In this document: piece by piece, positions 17,801-24,524 of the stretch
Position numbering within the stretch: position 1 is the stretch's first letter
Layout of the letters: every line of letters begins with the position of its first letter
Virus record (IMG/VR): IMGVR_UViG_3300017784_001085
Span: 1 to 24,524 of that record
Source: a virus
Lineage: Duplodnaviria > Caudoviricetes
Strand: one strand, 5' to 3'
DNA: 24,524 nt
Position numbers and translations under genes: made by a program
Notes under the pieces: generated by a model
The model's database searches: none
Told to the model about the DNA's origin: nothing
What the model saw: only the letters and a program-made list of their open reading frames with translations

Positions 17801-18159
17801 GGGCCATTGCTCTGGAAGGGTCGCTCGGCAGCCAATCTGACCCGACGAGCAACTTGGCAAGGCCATTGTCTGAGACGGCTCCGATCTCGGAAACGTCAAA
17901 CCTGAACAGTCGCATAGGGGATACCTCCAACCAAGATATAGGCAGAGAGACGGTCGGCGTCAAGTCATCAGTTGCGGAAGAAGATATTGACATCCCGACA
18001 GTTGGTGAGTCTTTGCTGGACATGGAGTTTCCTACTGCTGAGAGGATCGATCCAGACACCGGCGAGATTGTCAGTGAAACGATCACTCCGCGCATGTTGC
18101 TAGATGAGCTGAACGCTGACAATATGATGATCGATAGATTGAGCAGGTGTCCAATATGA
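14842..18159 (+). CDS. Large multidomain internal virion protein with ParB-like and RelA/SpoT-like nucleotidyltransferase domains
   Basis: Gly/Ala-rich membrane-active N-terminal part; IADGHQR (aa ~402-408); LKKAKRTQEK, IADVAR, GYFD, EIQI and GHKLYE (aa 818-920). Coupled to both neighbours within the ejection-protein cluster. Confidence 0.85.
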   Translation: MGIIPSQPDPLAIGSFPTRGKPIGELSENLSMAFKSGVATGRQGLISGLRSSLDPVVEQIRSVTGEDFYNPAIYMDTGILSAPHSSDTREDRYKFELRKIQKYVSDNKDKFDADFVTRITDPKFDFNLRKGVIEDAISTMEEADELFGRSPGAGNYMAQFVGGAGAAIVDPVNLESMLIGGAAKNLWSLATQEALIGATIEGIQQPEIAEWYATLGLEYTSEDFFTNVGLAAVGGAAIPVAIAGANRGVSFTINQAKSGIAALRKSGVKLSPEAETLLLKAQNAEDLAAANPLTSSAKGQAEHKARVSDAIAAVEANQPPAISNQPQTPPAPAKSIDAYDNLDGVIFKFNPDEIEIDAETFQFKAGGDAFGVTERLQGVTTWDPIKAGNVTIYEYADGSKFIADGHQRVGLAKRIKASDPSQNVVMYGMKLREVDGVSPQEAMVIAALKNISEGTGTAIDAAKVLRTAPGRVTELPPRSPFVRQARELTNLSDEAWGMVRNEVVPSNYAAIVGRLASSDPDMQTAAMGVLAKADPANEFQAEAIVRQVMATPISREMQENLFGEEMVVESLFAERAKILDRAQKQLRKDLSTFKNLVENQSRIEGEGNQLATESNQKRINEDGTAIAFLQSQANRKGAIADALNAAARGAKSTGNIASATRNFVESVRRAIDSGDYDSAAISDAGSNINVAAPERSVRNSIEQEQLDSFDDPGGSGAEDQARVFEQDFFQEMQALLPPQFDVAATISSMVAGVDRVLISGPSLSKIQLDELASNLKATQPYDTLDTLMVAAARNHAELNDAAQTAARDLGMEFESAPLKKAKRTQEKVEDKYAGNYRKIADVARTGITARTFDEAENFVAALAAKFHLVDEGWSVTPVGYFDRKIMVRFDDGQLGEIQIWPPGMRDAKSDEGGGGHKLYEISRDPLQSIEDRLAAEAKMIELYGNVQATLDPSFAQKIGVGAPRDAKASAASVAESSTALSSANISRAIALEGSLGSQSDPTSNLARPLSETAPISETSNLNSRIGDTSNQDIGRETVGVKSSVAEEDIDIPTVGESLLDMEFPTAERIDPDTGEIVSETITPRMLLDELNADNMMIDRLSRCPI
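17706..17915 (-). CDS. Nested antisense 69-aa protein; putative immunity/antitoxin for the RelA/SpoT-like domain
   Basis: MRLFRFDVSEIGAVSDNGLAKLLVGSDWLPSDPSRAMALEILADERAVELSATEAADALASRGAPTPIF*. SD GGAGGT (17928-17923) lies 7 nt before the ATG, with a promoter just upstream. The + frame here is a Ser-rich linker. Confidence 0.75.
   Translation of the reverse strand: MRLFRFDVSEIGAVSDNGLAKLLVGSDWLPSDPSRAMALEILADERAVELSATEAADALASRGAPTPIF
17935..17963 (-). promoter_or_regulatory. Sigma70-type promoter for the nested antisense gene
   Basis: The minus strand reads TTGACG (17963-17958), 17 nt, TATATC (17940-17935). TTGACGC...GCCTATATC is close to the Caulobacter housekeeping consensus TTGaCgS...GCtANAWC. 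Confidence 0.7.
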
Positions 18160-20624
18160 GCTTTAGAAACTGCATAGACAATGCCGAGCTTTCGGGCGAG
18201 ATTACGCCAGAGCAAGCAACAACGGCGCGAGATCTGTTTGACGAGCTGGACGCCGAATACCAGGGCAAGATGAACAAAGCTTCGGCGCAAGCCAAAGCCG
18301 GTCAGGATACGTTTGACACGTTGCGCAGGCAGGCTATCCGCCGCAAGCGCAATAAGGTTGCGCAATTGCGGTCCTGGCAACAAATCACCAAAAACATGGA
18401 CGGCTACACCGATCGGTTTGGCCGTAAAGATCCATTCAGTGGCGCTCTTGCAATCTTTGAGCAAGACACCTTGTCCACATTCTCAAGCGTTACTCAGCGC
18501 ATTGAGGAAGTTAAGAGCGAAGCTTTCTCAGGCATGTCGTCGTTCTTGGCAGAATTCCGCCGCAATCTAATCGGTGAGGTGCGCCAGAAGGCAAAGCTCA
18601 AGAATGTTGCGCGTGAGATCTTTGGCGAATCGACCGGCGATGCTTCCGCAAGTGAGCTGGCCCAAGCTTGGAACAAAACGGCAGAAATAATGAGGAAGCG
18701 TTTCAACATGGCCGGCGGCGCCATTCCCAAGCGCAGCGACTGGGGCTTGCCGCAAGTCCACGATCAGCTTGCAGTGATGAAGGCAGGCTACACGCAATGG
18801 CGCGATTACATCGCTCCTAGGCTAAACGCCAACAAGATGGTTGACGAAACCACTGGGCTTCCGTTCTCACCGCAAAAGCTAGAACTTGCCCTGCGTGATG
18901 TGTATGAAAGCATAAGCACGGATGGCATGAACAAACTGAAGCCTGGCGGCCAGTCGTCTGGAAAATCAATTGCCAACCGTCGCCAAGATCATCGCTTCTT
19001 GGTATTCAATGACGCAAACACATGGCTGCAGTACCAGGAAAAATTTGGCAACTCCAATGTCTTTGACACGATGATTGCTCACATCGACATGATGGCGCGT
19101 GATATCGGCATGATGGAAATCATGGGGCCAAACCCTAAAGCAACTGCGACATTCATCAAGCAGACGCTGACCAAGAAAGCCGGCGGTGATCCGGCAATGG
19201 CCAATCGTGCGCGCGGCACATCGAAGACGATCGATGAGCTGTACATGGCAATCACCGGCAACGTAAACGCACCGATCAACTCGTTCTTTGCGGCCACGTT
19301 TGCAGGAACCCGCCAGGTTCTGCAATCTGCGCAGCTTGGATCTGCGGCAATCGCTGCAATCACCGACATCAACTTTCAACGCATGGCGCGAAACTTTGCC
19401 GGCCTGCCGCAAACCAGGATGCTCGGGCAATATCTCAAATTACTAAATCCGCTGGATGCAAAAGAGAAAGGTGAGTTGGCAATTCGCCTTGGCCTGATCG
19501 CTGAAGGTTGGACCAGCATTGCATCTGCGCAGATGCGCTATGTTGGCGACATCTCCGGCCCTGAGGTGACGCGCCGAGTGGCTGACTTCGTGATGCGTGC
19601 GTCTTTGCTTTCGCCAATGACGCAAGCAGGGCGCTGGTCTTTCGGCATGGAATTTATGGGAACGCTTGCCGACAGCGTAAGCAAGACGTTTGATGATCTT
19701 CCGCCAATGCTCAAAAAGACATTGGAGCGGTATGACATCGGATCTGATCGGTGGGACATGATCCGCGCAACTGATCTGTACAACGAGCAAGGCGCCAAGT
19801 TCCTGCGCCCGCTTGATGTGAAGTCTCGCACAGATTTAACGCCACAGATGGCCAACCAGCTCGGCATTCGTCTAATGGAGATGATCAACACAGAAACCAA
19901 CTTTGCCGTGCCATCTACGTCGGTTCGTGGTCGGGTTGCTTTAACTGGTGACACCAGACCAGGCACGATTGCCGGCGAGCTGACCAGATCTTTTGCAATG
20001 TACAAAGGGTTCGGCATTACCCTGCTAAACACGCACCTGATGCGCGGCATGAACCAAGCCGGCGTTAAGGGAAAGGGCGTGTACTTCGCGGATCTGTTGA
20101 TCTCTGCTACGGTCATGGGTGCCCTAGCAATGCAGCTCAAAGAGATGTCAAAGGGGCGTGACCCTCGGCCTATGGATTCACCTGAGTTTTGGGGCGCTGC
20201 ATTCTTGCAGGGTGGTGGACTAGGGATCTACGGCGATTTCTTGTTCTCGGACGTAAACAGATTTGGCGGTGGCTTGGCTCAAACGATCGCTGGCCCGGTC
20301 GTTGGGTTTGCAAACGATGTGCGCAATCTGACCCTTGGCAACTTGATGGAGGTTGCATCGGGCAAAGACACCAACGCAGCATCTGAGATGGTAAAGTTTG
20401 TTCAGCGCTACACTCCTGGCGCATCTCTGTGGTACATGCGTCTTGGGCTTGAGCGTATGCTGTTCGATCGGCTTCAGCTGTATGCAGATCCAAAAGCCTC
20501 GCAAAAGTTCCGTTCTGTGCAGAACAAATACAAGAGAGAATATGATCAGGATTATTGGTGGGCGCCAGGAAACCCAACGCCGTCTCGCGCTCCAAATATC
20601 AGTTCCGCCTTACCAGGTGGATGA
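18156..20624 (+). CDS. Large internal virion (ejection) protein
   Basis: ATGA overlap with the upstream stop; MSFRNCI start; WGLPQVHD, HRFLVF, TRPGTIAGELTRSFAMYKGF and AFLQGGGLGIYGDFLF, typical of BPP-1-like core proteins. Confidence 0.85.
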   Translation: MSFRNCIDNAELSGEITPEQATTARDLFDELDAEYQGKMNKASAQAKAGQDTFDTLRRQAIRRKRNKVAQLRSWQQITKNMDGYTDRFGRKDPFSGALAIFEQDTLSTFSSVTQRIEEVKSEAFSGMSSFLAEFRRNLIGEVRQKAKLKNVAREIFGESTGDASASELAQAWNKTAEIMRKRFNMAGGAIPKRSDWGLPQVHDQLAVMKAGYTQWRDYIAPRLNANKMVDETTGLPFSPQKLELALRDVYESISTDGMNKLKPGGQSSGKSIANRRQDHRFLVFNDANTWLQYQEKFGNSNVFDTMIAHIDMMARDIGMMEIMGPNPKATATFIKQTLTKKAGGDPAMANRARGTSKTIDELYMAITGNVNAPINSFFAATFAGTRQVLQSAQLGSAAIAAITDINFQRMARNFAGLPQTRMLGQYLKLLNPLDAKEKGELAIRLGLIAEGWTSIASAQMRYVGDISGPEVTRRVADFVMRASLLSPMTQAGRWSFGMEFMGTLADSVSKTFDDLPPMLKKTLERYDIGSDRWDMIRATDLYNEQGAKFLRPLDVKSRTDLTPQMANQLGIRLMEMINTETNFAVPSTSVRGRVALTGDTRPGTIAGELTRSFAMYKGFGITLLNTHLMRGMNQAGVKGKGVYFADLLISATVMGALAMQLKEMSKGRDPRPMDSPEFWGAAFLQGGGLGIYGDFLFSDVNRFGGGLAQTIAGPVVGFANDVRNLTLGNLMEVASGKDTNAASEMVKFVQRYTPGASLWYMRLGLERMLFDRLQLYADPKASQKFRSVQNKYKREYDQDYWWAPGNPTPSRAPNISSALPGG

Positions 20625-20649
20625 CTAGCCTAATAAACCATGCTAATAT
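20621..20649 (+). promoter_or_regulatory. Possible sigma70 promoter for the tail fibre module
   Basis: ATGACT-N17-TAATAT with a TGn extended -10, upstream of SD AGGAG. Confidence 0.35.
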
Positions 20650-20670
20650 GCCGGCAAATAGGAGTGTGCG

Positions 20671-21903
20671 ATGACCGTTAGTAGCAGCACCAGTAGAGTA
20701 CAGTTTAACGGCAATGGCTCGACCACTGTCTTTGCTTACTCGTTCAAGATCTTTGACCAAGATGACCTGACCGTCATCGTGCGCTCGGCCACTGGCGTTG
20801 AGACAGTCAAGACGATCACCACCCACTACACTGTGAGTGGTGTCGGCAACGCAGGCGGCGGCAACGTCACCATGCTGACGGCTCCGGCATCTGGTGAGAC
20901 GCTGACCATTCTGCGTGAGCAGGATCTAGTGCAGGAGCTGGATCTGGTTGAGAACGATCCGTTTCCGGCTCAGTCGCTGGAAGACGCCCTGGACAAGCTG
21001 ACGTTCATTGTCCAGCAGCATGACGAAGAGCTGGGCCGAGCAATCAAGGCTTCGCGCACAAACACAATCAGCTCGACCGAATTTACTGTGTTGGCTGCTG
21101 ACCGTGCCAACAAGGTGTTTGCTTTCAACAGCGCCGGCGAGTTGTCGGTTGCCCAGGAGCTTGGCACCTATCGCGGCAACTGGGCAACCAGCACGGCCTT
21201 TGCTCAGCGCGACATTGTCAAGGACACGTCAAACTACAACATCTACATCTGCGTGACGGCTCATACCTCCACTGGATCTCAGCCGATCAGCAGCAACGCT
21301 GATGTGGCCAAGTGGGCGTTGATTGTTGACGCAGCTTCGGCGGCCACGTCAGAATCTAACGCTGCATCGTCTGCGTCTGCGGCGGCAACCTCGGCCACCA
21401 ACGCAGCCAACTCTGCCACGGCTGCGGCTGGCTCGGCCAGCTCGGCTTCCTCTTCGGCCTCGACCGCTACGACCCAAGCCAGCAATGCCTCATCGTCTGC
21501 ATCGGCTGCTGCTACGTCGGCGGCCAACGCGGCCAGCTCTGCCACGGCTGCGGCTGCATCGGCTGCATCTGCTGAAAACCGGGTTGCAAAAACTTCTAAC
21601 ACTGGATCTGCCGTCATTCCGACCGGCACGCAGGCTCAGCGCGATGGCAGCCCGTCTGCGGGCTTCTTCCGCTTCAACTCCGACGCTGCCAAATTTGAGG
21701 GCTACAACGGATCGGCGTGGGGTTCTGTTGGCGGCGGGGCCACTGGCGGCGGGGCTGATGAGGTTTTTGTTCAGAACGGACAAACCGTTACGACGAACTA
21801 CACAATCCCAGCGACCAAGAACGCTATGTCAACTGGCCCAATTATAATTAACTCTGGTGTGACCGTAACGGTTAGCACTGGCGCAAGATATGTGGTGATA
21901 TAA
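20671..21903 (+). CDS. Tail fibre protein (T7 gp17-like N-terminal anchor)
   Basis: FNGNGSTTVFAYSFKIF N-terminus, LEDALDKLT, Ala/Ser-rich stalk, IPTGTQAQRDGSP...FRFNSD...FEGYNGSAW module and C-terminal NAMSTGPI. Confidence 0.9.
   Translation: MTVSSSTSRVQFNGNGSTTVFAYSFKIFDQDDLTVIVRSATGVETVKTITTHYTVSGVGNAGGGNVTMLTAPASGETLTILREQDLVQELDLVENDPFPAQSLEDALDKLTFIVQQHDEELGRAIKASRTNTISSTEFTVLAADRANKVFAFNSAGELSVAQELGTYRGNWATSTAFAQRDIVKDTSNYNIYICVTAHTSTGSQPISSNADVAKWALIVDAASAATSESNAASSASAAATSATNAANSATAAAGSASSASSSASTATTQASNASSSASAAATSAANAASSATAAAASAASAENRVAKTSNTGSAVIPTGTQAQRDGSPSAGFFRFNSDAAKFEGYNGSAWGSVGGGATGGGADEVFVQNGQTVTTNYTIPATKNAMSTGPIIINSGVTVTVSTGARYVVI
21330..21575 (+). repeat. Ala/Ser/Thr-rich coding repeats in the tail fibre stalk
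   Basis: SSASAAATSAxNAAxSATAAA occurs twice with a 126-bp offset (starts 21365 and 21491). Confidence 0.8.
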
Positions 21904-21904
21904 A

Positions 21905-22339
21905 ATGGCAATTACACTCGACGGAACAACTGGCATTACAGCATCTGATGGACTTGTTTATACAAGAGGCAATATCCTCGGAACAGTTACGCAGTCTGCT
22001 GGTGTCCCTACTGGTGCTATTATTGAGAGTGGATCAAATGCCAATGGCGAGTATGTGAAATATGCTGACGGGACAATGATTTGCTGGAATTACGCTCTGA
22101 CAACACAAGCCTCCTCAACAGCTACTGGAAACATGTTTAGAACTGCTACCGTCTCTACATGGACTTTCCCTGTAACTTTTTTGGTGGACCCCGTAGTAAG
22201 TGGTCAAGCAGACGCGACTGGAAGGATTCTGACAATAGATCCCGCATCTACCACAACTGTTGACTTTAGACAGCATTCCGCAAGTAGTTCAGGAACCCTC
22301 GTTGGAAACAAACTAACAGCTACTGGACAGTGGTTCTAA
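21905..22339 (+). CDS. Tail fibre-associated protein, copy 1 (gp53-like C-terminal domain)
   Basis: NANGEYVKYADGTMICW and TWTFPVTF motifs of phage fibre tip domains. Confidence 0.75.
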   Translation: MAITLDGTTGITASDGLVYTRGNILGTVTQSAGVPTGAIIESGSNANGEYVKYADGTMICWNYALTTQASSTATGNMFRTATVSTWTFPVTFLVDPVVSGQADATGRILTIDPASTTTVDFRQHSASSSGTLVGNKLTATGQWF

Positions 22340-22852
22340 AGGAAAAACAAAATGAGCAACATCGCACTTACGCCCAATGCAAGTGGTACGGGAACTTTTA
22401 CTCTCGCAGCACCAAACAGCAACACCAACCGCACCCTGACGCTGCCTGATGCCGCTGGTGAGATTTACAACCAAGGTAATATCCTTGGCACTGTCAGTCA
22501 GTCTGCTGGTGTACCCACTGGGGCTATCATTGATAGCGACTCAAATGTTAATGGCGAGTATGTGAAATATGCTGATGGGACAATGATTTGCTGGAATTAC
22601 GCTCTGACAACCCAAAGCTCCACAACAGCTACTGGAAGCATGTTTAGAACTACTGCCGTCTCTACATGGACTTTCCCTGTAGCTTTTTTGGTGGCCCCTG
22701 TAGTAAGTGGTCAAGCAGAATCAAATATAAGGATTTTGACATTCGATACCCCAACCACCACAACCGTTGACTTTAGACATCATTCCGCAACTACTTCGGC
22801 AACCCTAGTTGCAAACAGACTAACAGCTATTGGACAATGGTTCTAAAGGAGA
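21968..22852 (+). repeat. Imperfect direct repeat of about 375 bp (21968-22345 vs 22475-22852)
   Basis: Gapless alignment at a constant 507-bp offset up to and including both stop codons, with long identical blocks. Confidence 0.9.
22352..22846 (+). CDS. Tail fibre-associated protein, copy 2 (paralogue of 21905-22339)
   Basis: SD AAGGA; APNSNTNRTLTLPDA N-terminus followed by the same domain as copy 1. Confidence 0.75.
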   Translation: MSNIALTPNASGTGTFTLAAPNSNTNRTLTLPDAAGEIYNQGNILGTVSQSAGVPTGAIIDSDSNVNGEYVKYADGTMICWNYALTTQSSTTATGSMFRTTAVSTWTFPVAFLVAPVVSGQAESNIRILTFDTPTTTTVDFRHHSATTSATLVANRLTAIGQWF

Positions 22853-22857
22853 ACAAA

Positions 22858-23148
22858 ATGAAAATTACCCTATCCCCACAACGCCGTGATGATACTCTGG
22901 AAGTCATTAAGTCTGGTGACATACTAACTATCAATGGCACAGCTTACGACTTCTCTGTAGTCCCTGATGGTGCTACCTTACCAAGAGATGCAGTTGACTG
23001 CGCATGGCTTTCCTCAGACGTAGAGCGCATTGATGGTGTCCTACACTTGACCCTGATCCTCCCACATGGCGCAGGTGCATCTTACGCTACTCGTTTCCCA
23101 CCCCCCCTGCTTGACCCTGCAGATGGCCTTCTGGAGTTGCCCCAATGA
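22858..23148 (+). CDS. Tail fibre assembly-associated protein
   Basis: SD AGGAG 22847-22851. MKITLSPQRRDD...LTINGTAYDFS...LTLILPHG is a common post-fibre family in proteobacterial phages. Confidence 0.75.
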   Translation: MKITLSPQRRDDTLEVIKSGDILTINGTAYDFSVVPDGATLPRDAVDCAWLSSDVERIDGVLHLTLILPHGAGASYATRFPPPLLDPADGLLELPQ

Positions 23149-23348
23149 TTGACCTGTCCAAACTAAAGACCGCCGAACAGAAAGCCGCTGAGGCAGCACA
23201 AACCACTAAGGATGCACGTATTGCTGAACTCAAGCAGCTACTGCGGGATACTGACTATGTGGCCCTGTCTGACTATGATAAACATAAGCCAGAGGTGGTT
23301 GCCCAGCGTCAAGTATGGCGTGAGGAAGTTCGAGGGTTGGAAGCATGA
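23145..23348 (+). CDS. Short tail assembly chaperone-like protein
   Basis: ATGA coupling; MIDLSKLKT...LLRDTDY...RQVWREEVR. Confidence 0.65.
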   Translation: MIDLSKLKTAEQKAAEAAQTTKDARIAELKQLLRDTDYVALSDYDKHKPEVVAQRQVWREEVRGLEA

Positions 23349-24034
23349 GCCAGATTAAAGTAGACACGATCACTGATGGTGCAGGTACTGGTGCGCCTGA
23401 GTTTCCTAATGGAATACTGGCTGCTGCTGGTGTTCCCTCATACCAATTCGTCAGCGCTGTCCAATTCACAGCAAGTGGGACGTTCAGCAAAGCAACATAC
23501 CCGTGGTTAAACGCTGTTCGTGTTCGTGTTCAGGCTGGTGGTGGTGGTGGTCGAGGCCCATCTTCAACTACCAATGCTACTGCTGCGGGCGGTGGGGGTG
23601 CTGGTGGCTACTCAGAGGAGTTTATCCTAGTGGGCAGCCTTTCTGCATCAGAGACAGTGACTGTTGGCGCTGGTGGCGCTGGTGGTGCTGCTGGCGGTAA
23701 CAATGGTGCTAATGGTAGTTCATCTTCTTTTGGATCGTTCTGCTCTGCAACTGGCGGAAATGGTGGCGCTAATAACGGTGGGACTGGTGGAGTAGGTTCT
23801 GGTGGTGACATAAACGCATCGGGTGGTCACGGTGGGCATAGGCTGAAAGCTGAAAGTGACGTTGCATATTCTGGTCACGGAGGCTCTAGTCTTCTTTCTG
23901 GTGGCGGTGTTGGACGCTTCTCTGCTGTGGCGGGCGGCGTTGGTCTTTTAGGTTCTGGTGGTGGTGCTGGCTTTAACAATACCGCAGGCGGGGATGGCGG
24001 AACAGGTATCGTAATCTTGGAGTTATTTGCATGA
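23345..24034 (+). CDS. Glycine-rich tail-associated protein
   Basis: FTASGTF, VRVQAGGGGG, GGGGAGGY, VTVGAGGAGG, SSFG and GGDGGTGIVILE pattern of phage glycine-rich domains. Confidence 0.8.
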   Translation: MSQIKVDTITDGAGTGAPEFPNGILAAAGVPSYQFVSAVQFTASGTFSKATYPWLNAVRVRVQAGGGGGRGPSSTTNATAAGGGGAGGYSEEFILVGSLSASETVTVGAGGAGGAAGGNNGANGSSSSFGSFCSATGGNGGANNGGTGGVGSGGDINASGGHGGHRLKAESDVAYSGHGGSSLLSGGGVGRFSAVAGGVGLLGSGGGAGFNNTAGGDGGTGIVILELFA

Positions 24035-24348
24035 AAAGCGCAATCATAACAGACGGAATTGTCACAAACGTCATTATGGGGGCATTGCCTGAAAGTGTCG
24101 CCTGCGAAAACGGGGTGGGCATTGGCTGGTCGTATGATGGTGTAAATTTTATCCCGCCAGCACCAGAGCCGCCCACAGCTCAAGACATCCGGGCAGAACG
24201 TGACTATCTACTTGCAGCCTCTGATTGGACACAAGTCGCAGACGCGCCCGTCGATCGATCGGCGTGGGCAACGTATCGGCAAGCTCTGCGGGAAGTTCCG
24301 GAGCAGGCGGGTTTTCCTGAAAATGTGGCTTGGCCGCAAACCCCATAG
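24031..24348 (+). CDS. Tail fibre assembly chaperone
   Basis: IRAERDYLLAASDWTQVADAP...WATYRQALREVPEQAGFP...WP motif. Confidence 0.85.
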   Translation: MKSAIITDGIVTNVIMGALPESVACENGVGIGWSYDGVNFIPPAPEPPTAQDIRAERDYLLAASDWTQVADAPVDRSAWATYRQALREVPEQAGFPENVAWPQTP

Positions 24349-24360
24349 ACTGAGGAGACG

Positions 24361-24524
24361 ATGACGATGCAGAACCTTCTCCCCTATTGGCCGATCGCCG
24401 CCAGCTTTGTTGCTGTGGTGGTGTGGCTTATCCGCCTTGAGGCTGGCAGCGTTGAGAACGGCAGAGAGATCAAGCGCTTGTGGAACCAGCGCAAAGAAGA
24501 CATGGAAGCTACCCAGCGCTCGCG
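24361..24524 (+). CDS. Membrane-anchored coiled-coil protein, holin-like; 3' truncated (not in the ORF track)
   Basis: SD GAGGAG; MTMQNLLPYWPIAASFVAVVVWLIRLEAGSVENGREIKRLWNQRKEDMEATQRS..., one transmembrane segment then a charged helix; start of the expected lysis module. Confidence 0.6.
   Translation, partial: MTMQNLLPYWPIAASFVAVVVWLIRLEAGSVENGREIKRLWNQRKEDMEATQRS

Larger units (their letters stand above)
1..24524 (+). mobile_element. Tailed phage/prophage genome segment (podovirus; BPP-1/HTVC010P-like head-tail module)
   Basis: Co-oriented, tightly packed, syntenic terS-terL-portal-scaffold-capsid-cement-tubular A/B-internal virion proteins-tail fibre genes. No host housekeeping genes and no tape measure or tail tube gene. 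Confidence 0.96.

Noticed and set aside
17916-18464. Upstream 183 codons of the 252-aa minus-strand ORF 17706-18464
   Set aside because: This part looks like an antisense shadow of two real genes. The promoter and SD sit immediately before ATG 17915, so only the last 69 codons are called.
21968-22852. Possible diversity-generating retroelement TR/VR pair, given the BPP-1-like architecture
   Set aside because: Mismatches are not confined to adenines of one copy (many C/T, G/C and G/T differences), both copies lie in intact ORFs, and no reverse transcriptase is in the window.
22837-22857. ORF-track start at 22837 (and 18147 for the last internal protein)
   Set aside because: Better starts exist at 22858 (SD AGGAG) and 18156 (ATGA coupling).

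Overview
The whole window reads as part of a tailed dsDNA phage (or prophage) genome with podovirus morphology. Its head-tail module resembles BPP-1/HTVC010P-type phages, and the host is probably an alphaproteobacterium (inferred). Nearly all genes are on the + strand, in this order: 5'-truncated RepA/AAA_25 helicase, an iteron-like GGTGAGG repeat cluster, three small genes (one DUF6378-like, one Cro-like HTH), and terS. A 356-bp non-coding gap follows, holding a dif-like 11-6-11 site and two IHF-consensus sites. Then come terL, two small ORFs, portal, Bbp19-like gene, scaffold, a structured leader, major capsid, cement protein, a terminator, tail adaptor and nozzle, four internal virion (ejection) proteins, tail fibre, a duplicated and variable fibre/chaperone cassette and a 3'-truncated holin-like gene. 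The most striking feature is the 1105-aa internal virion protein, which carries a ParB-like domain and a RelA/SpoT-like nucleotidyltransferase domain. Directly behind that domain, and fully nested antisense inside the same gene, is a 69-aa ORF with a GGAGGT Shine-Dalgarno and its own TTGACG-N17-TATATC promoter. This looks like an injected effector with an embedded antisense immunity gene. All family assignments come from recognising motifs by eye; no database searches were run.
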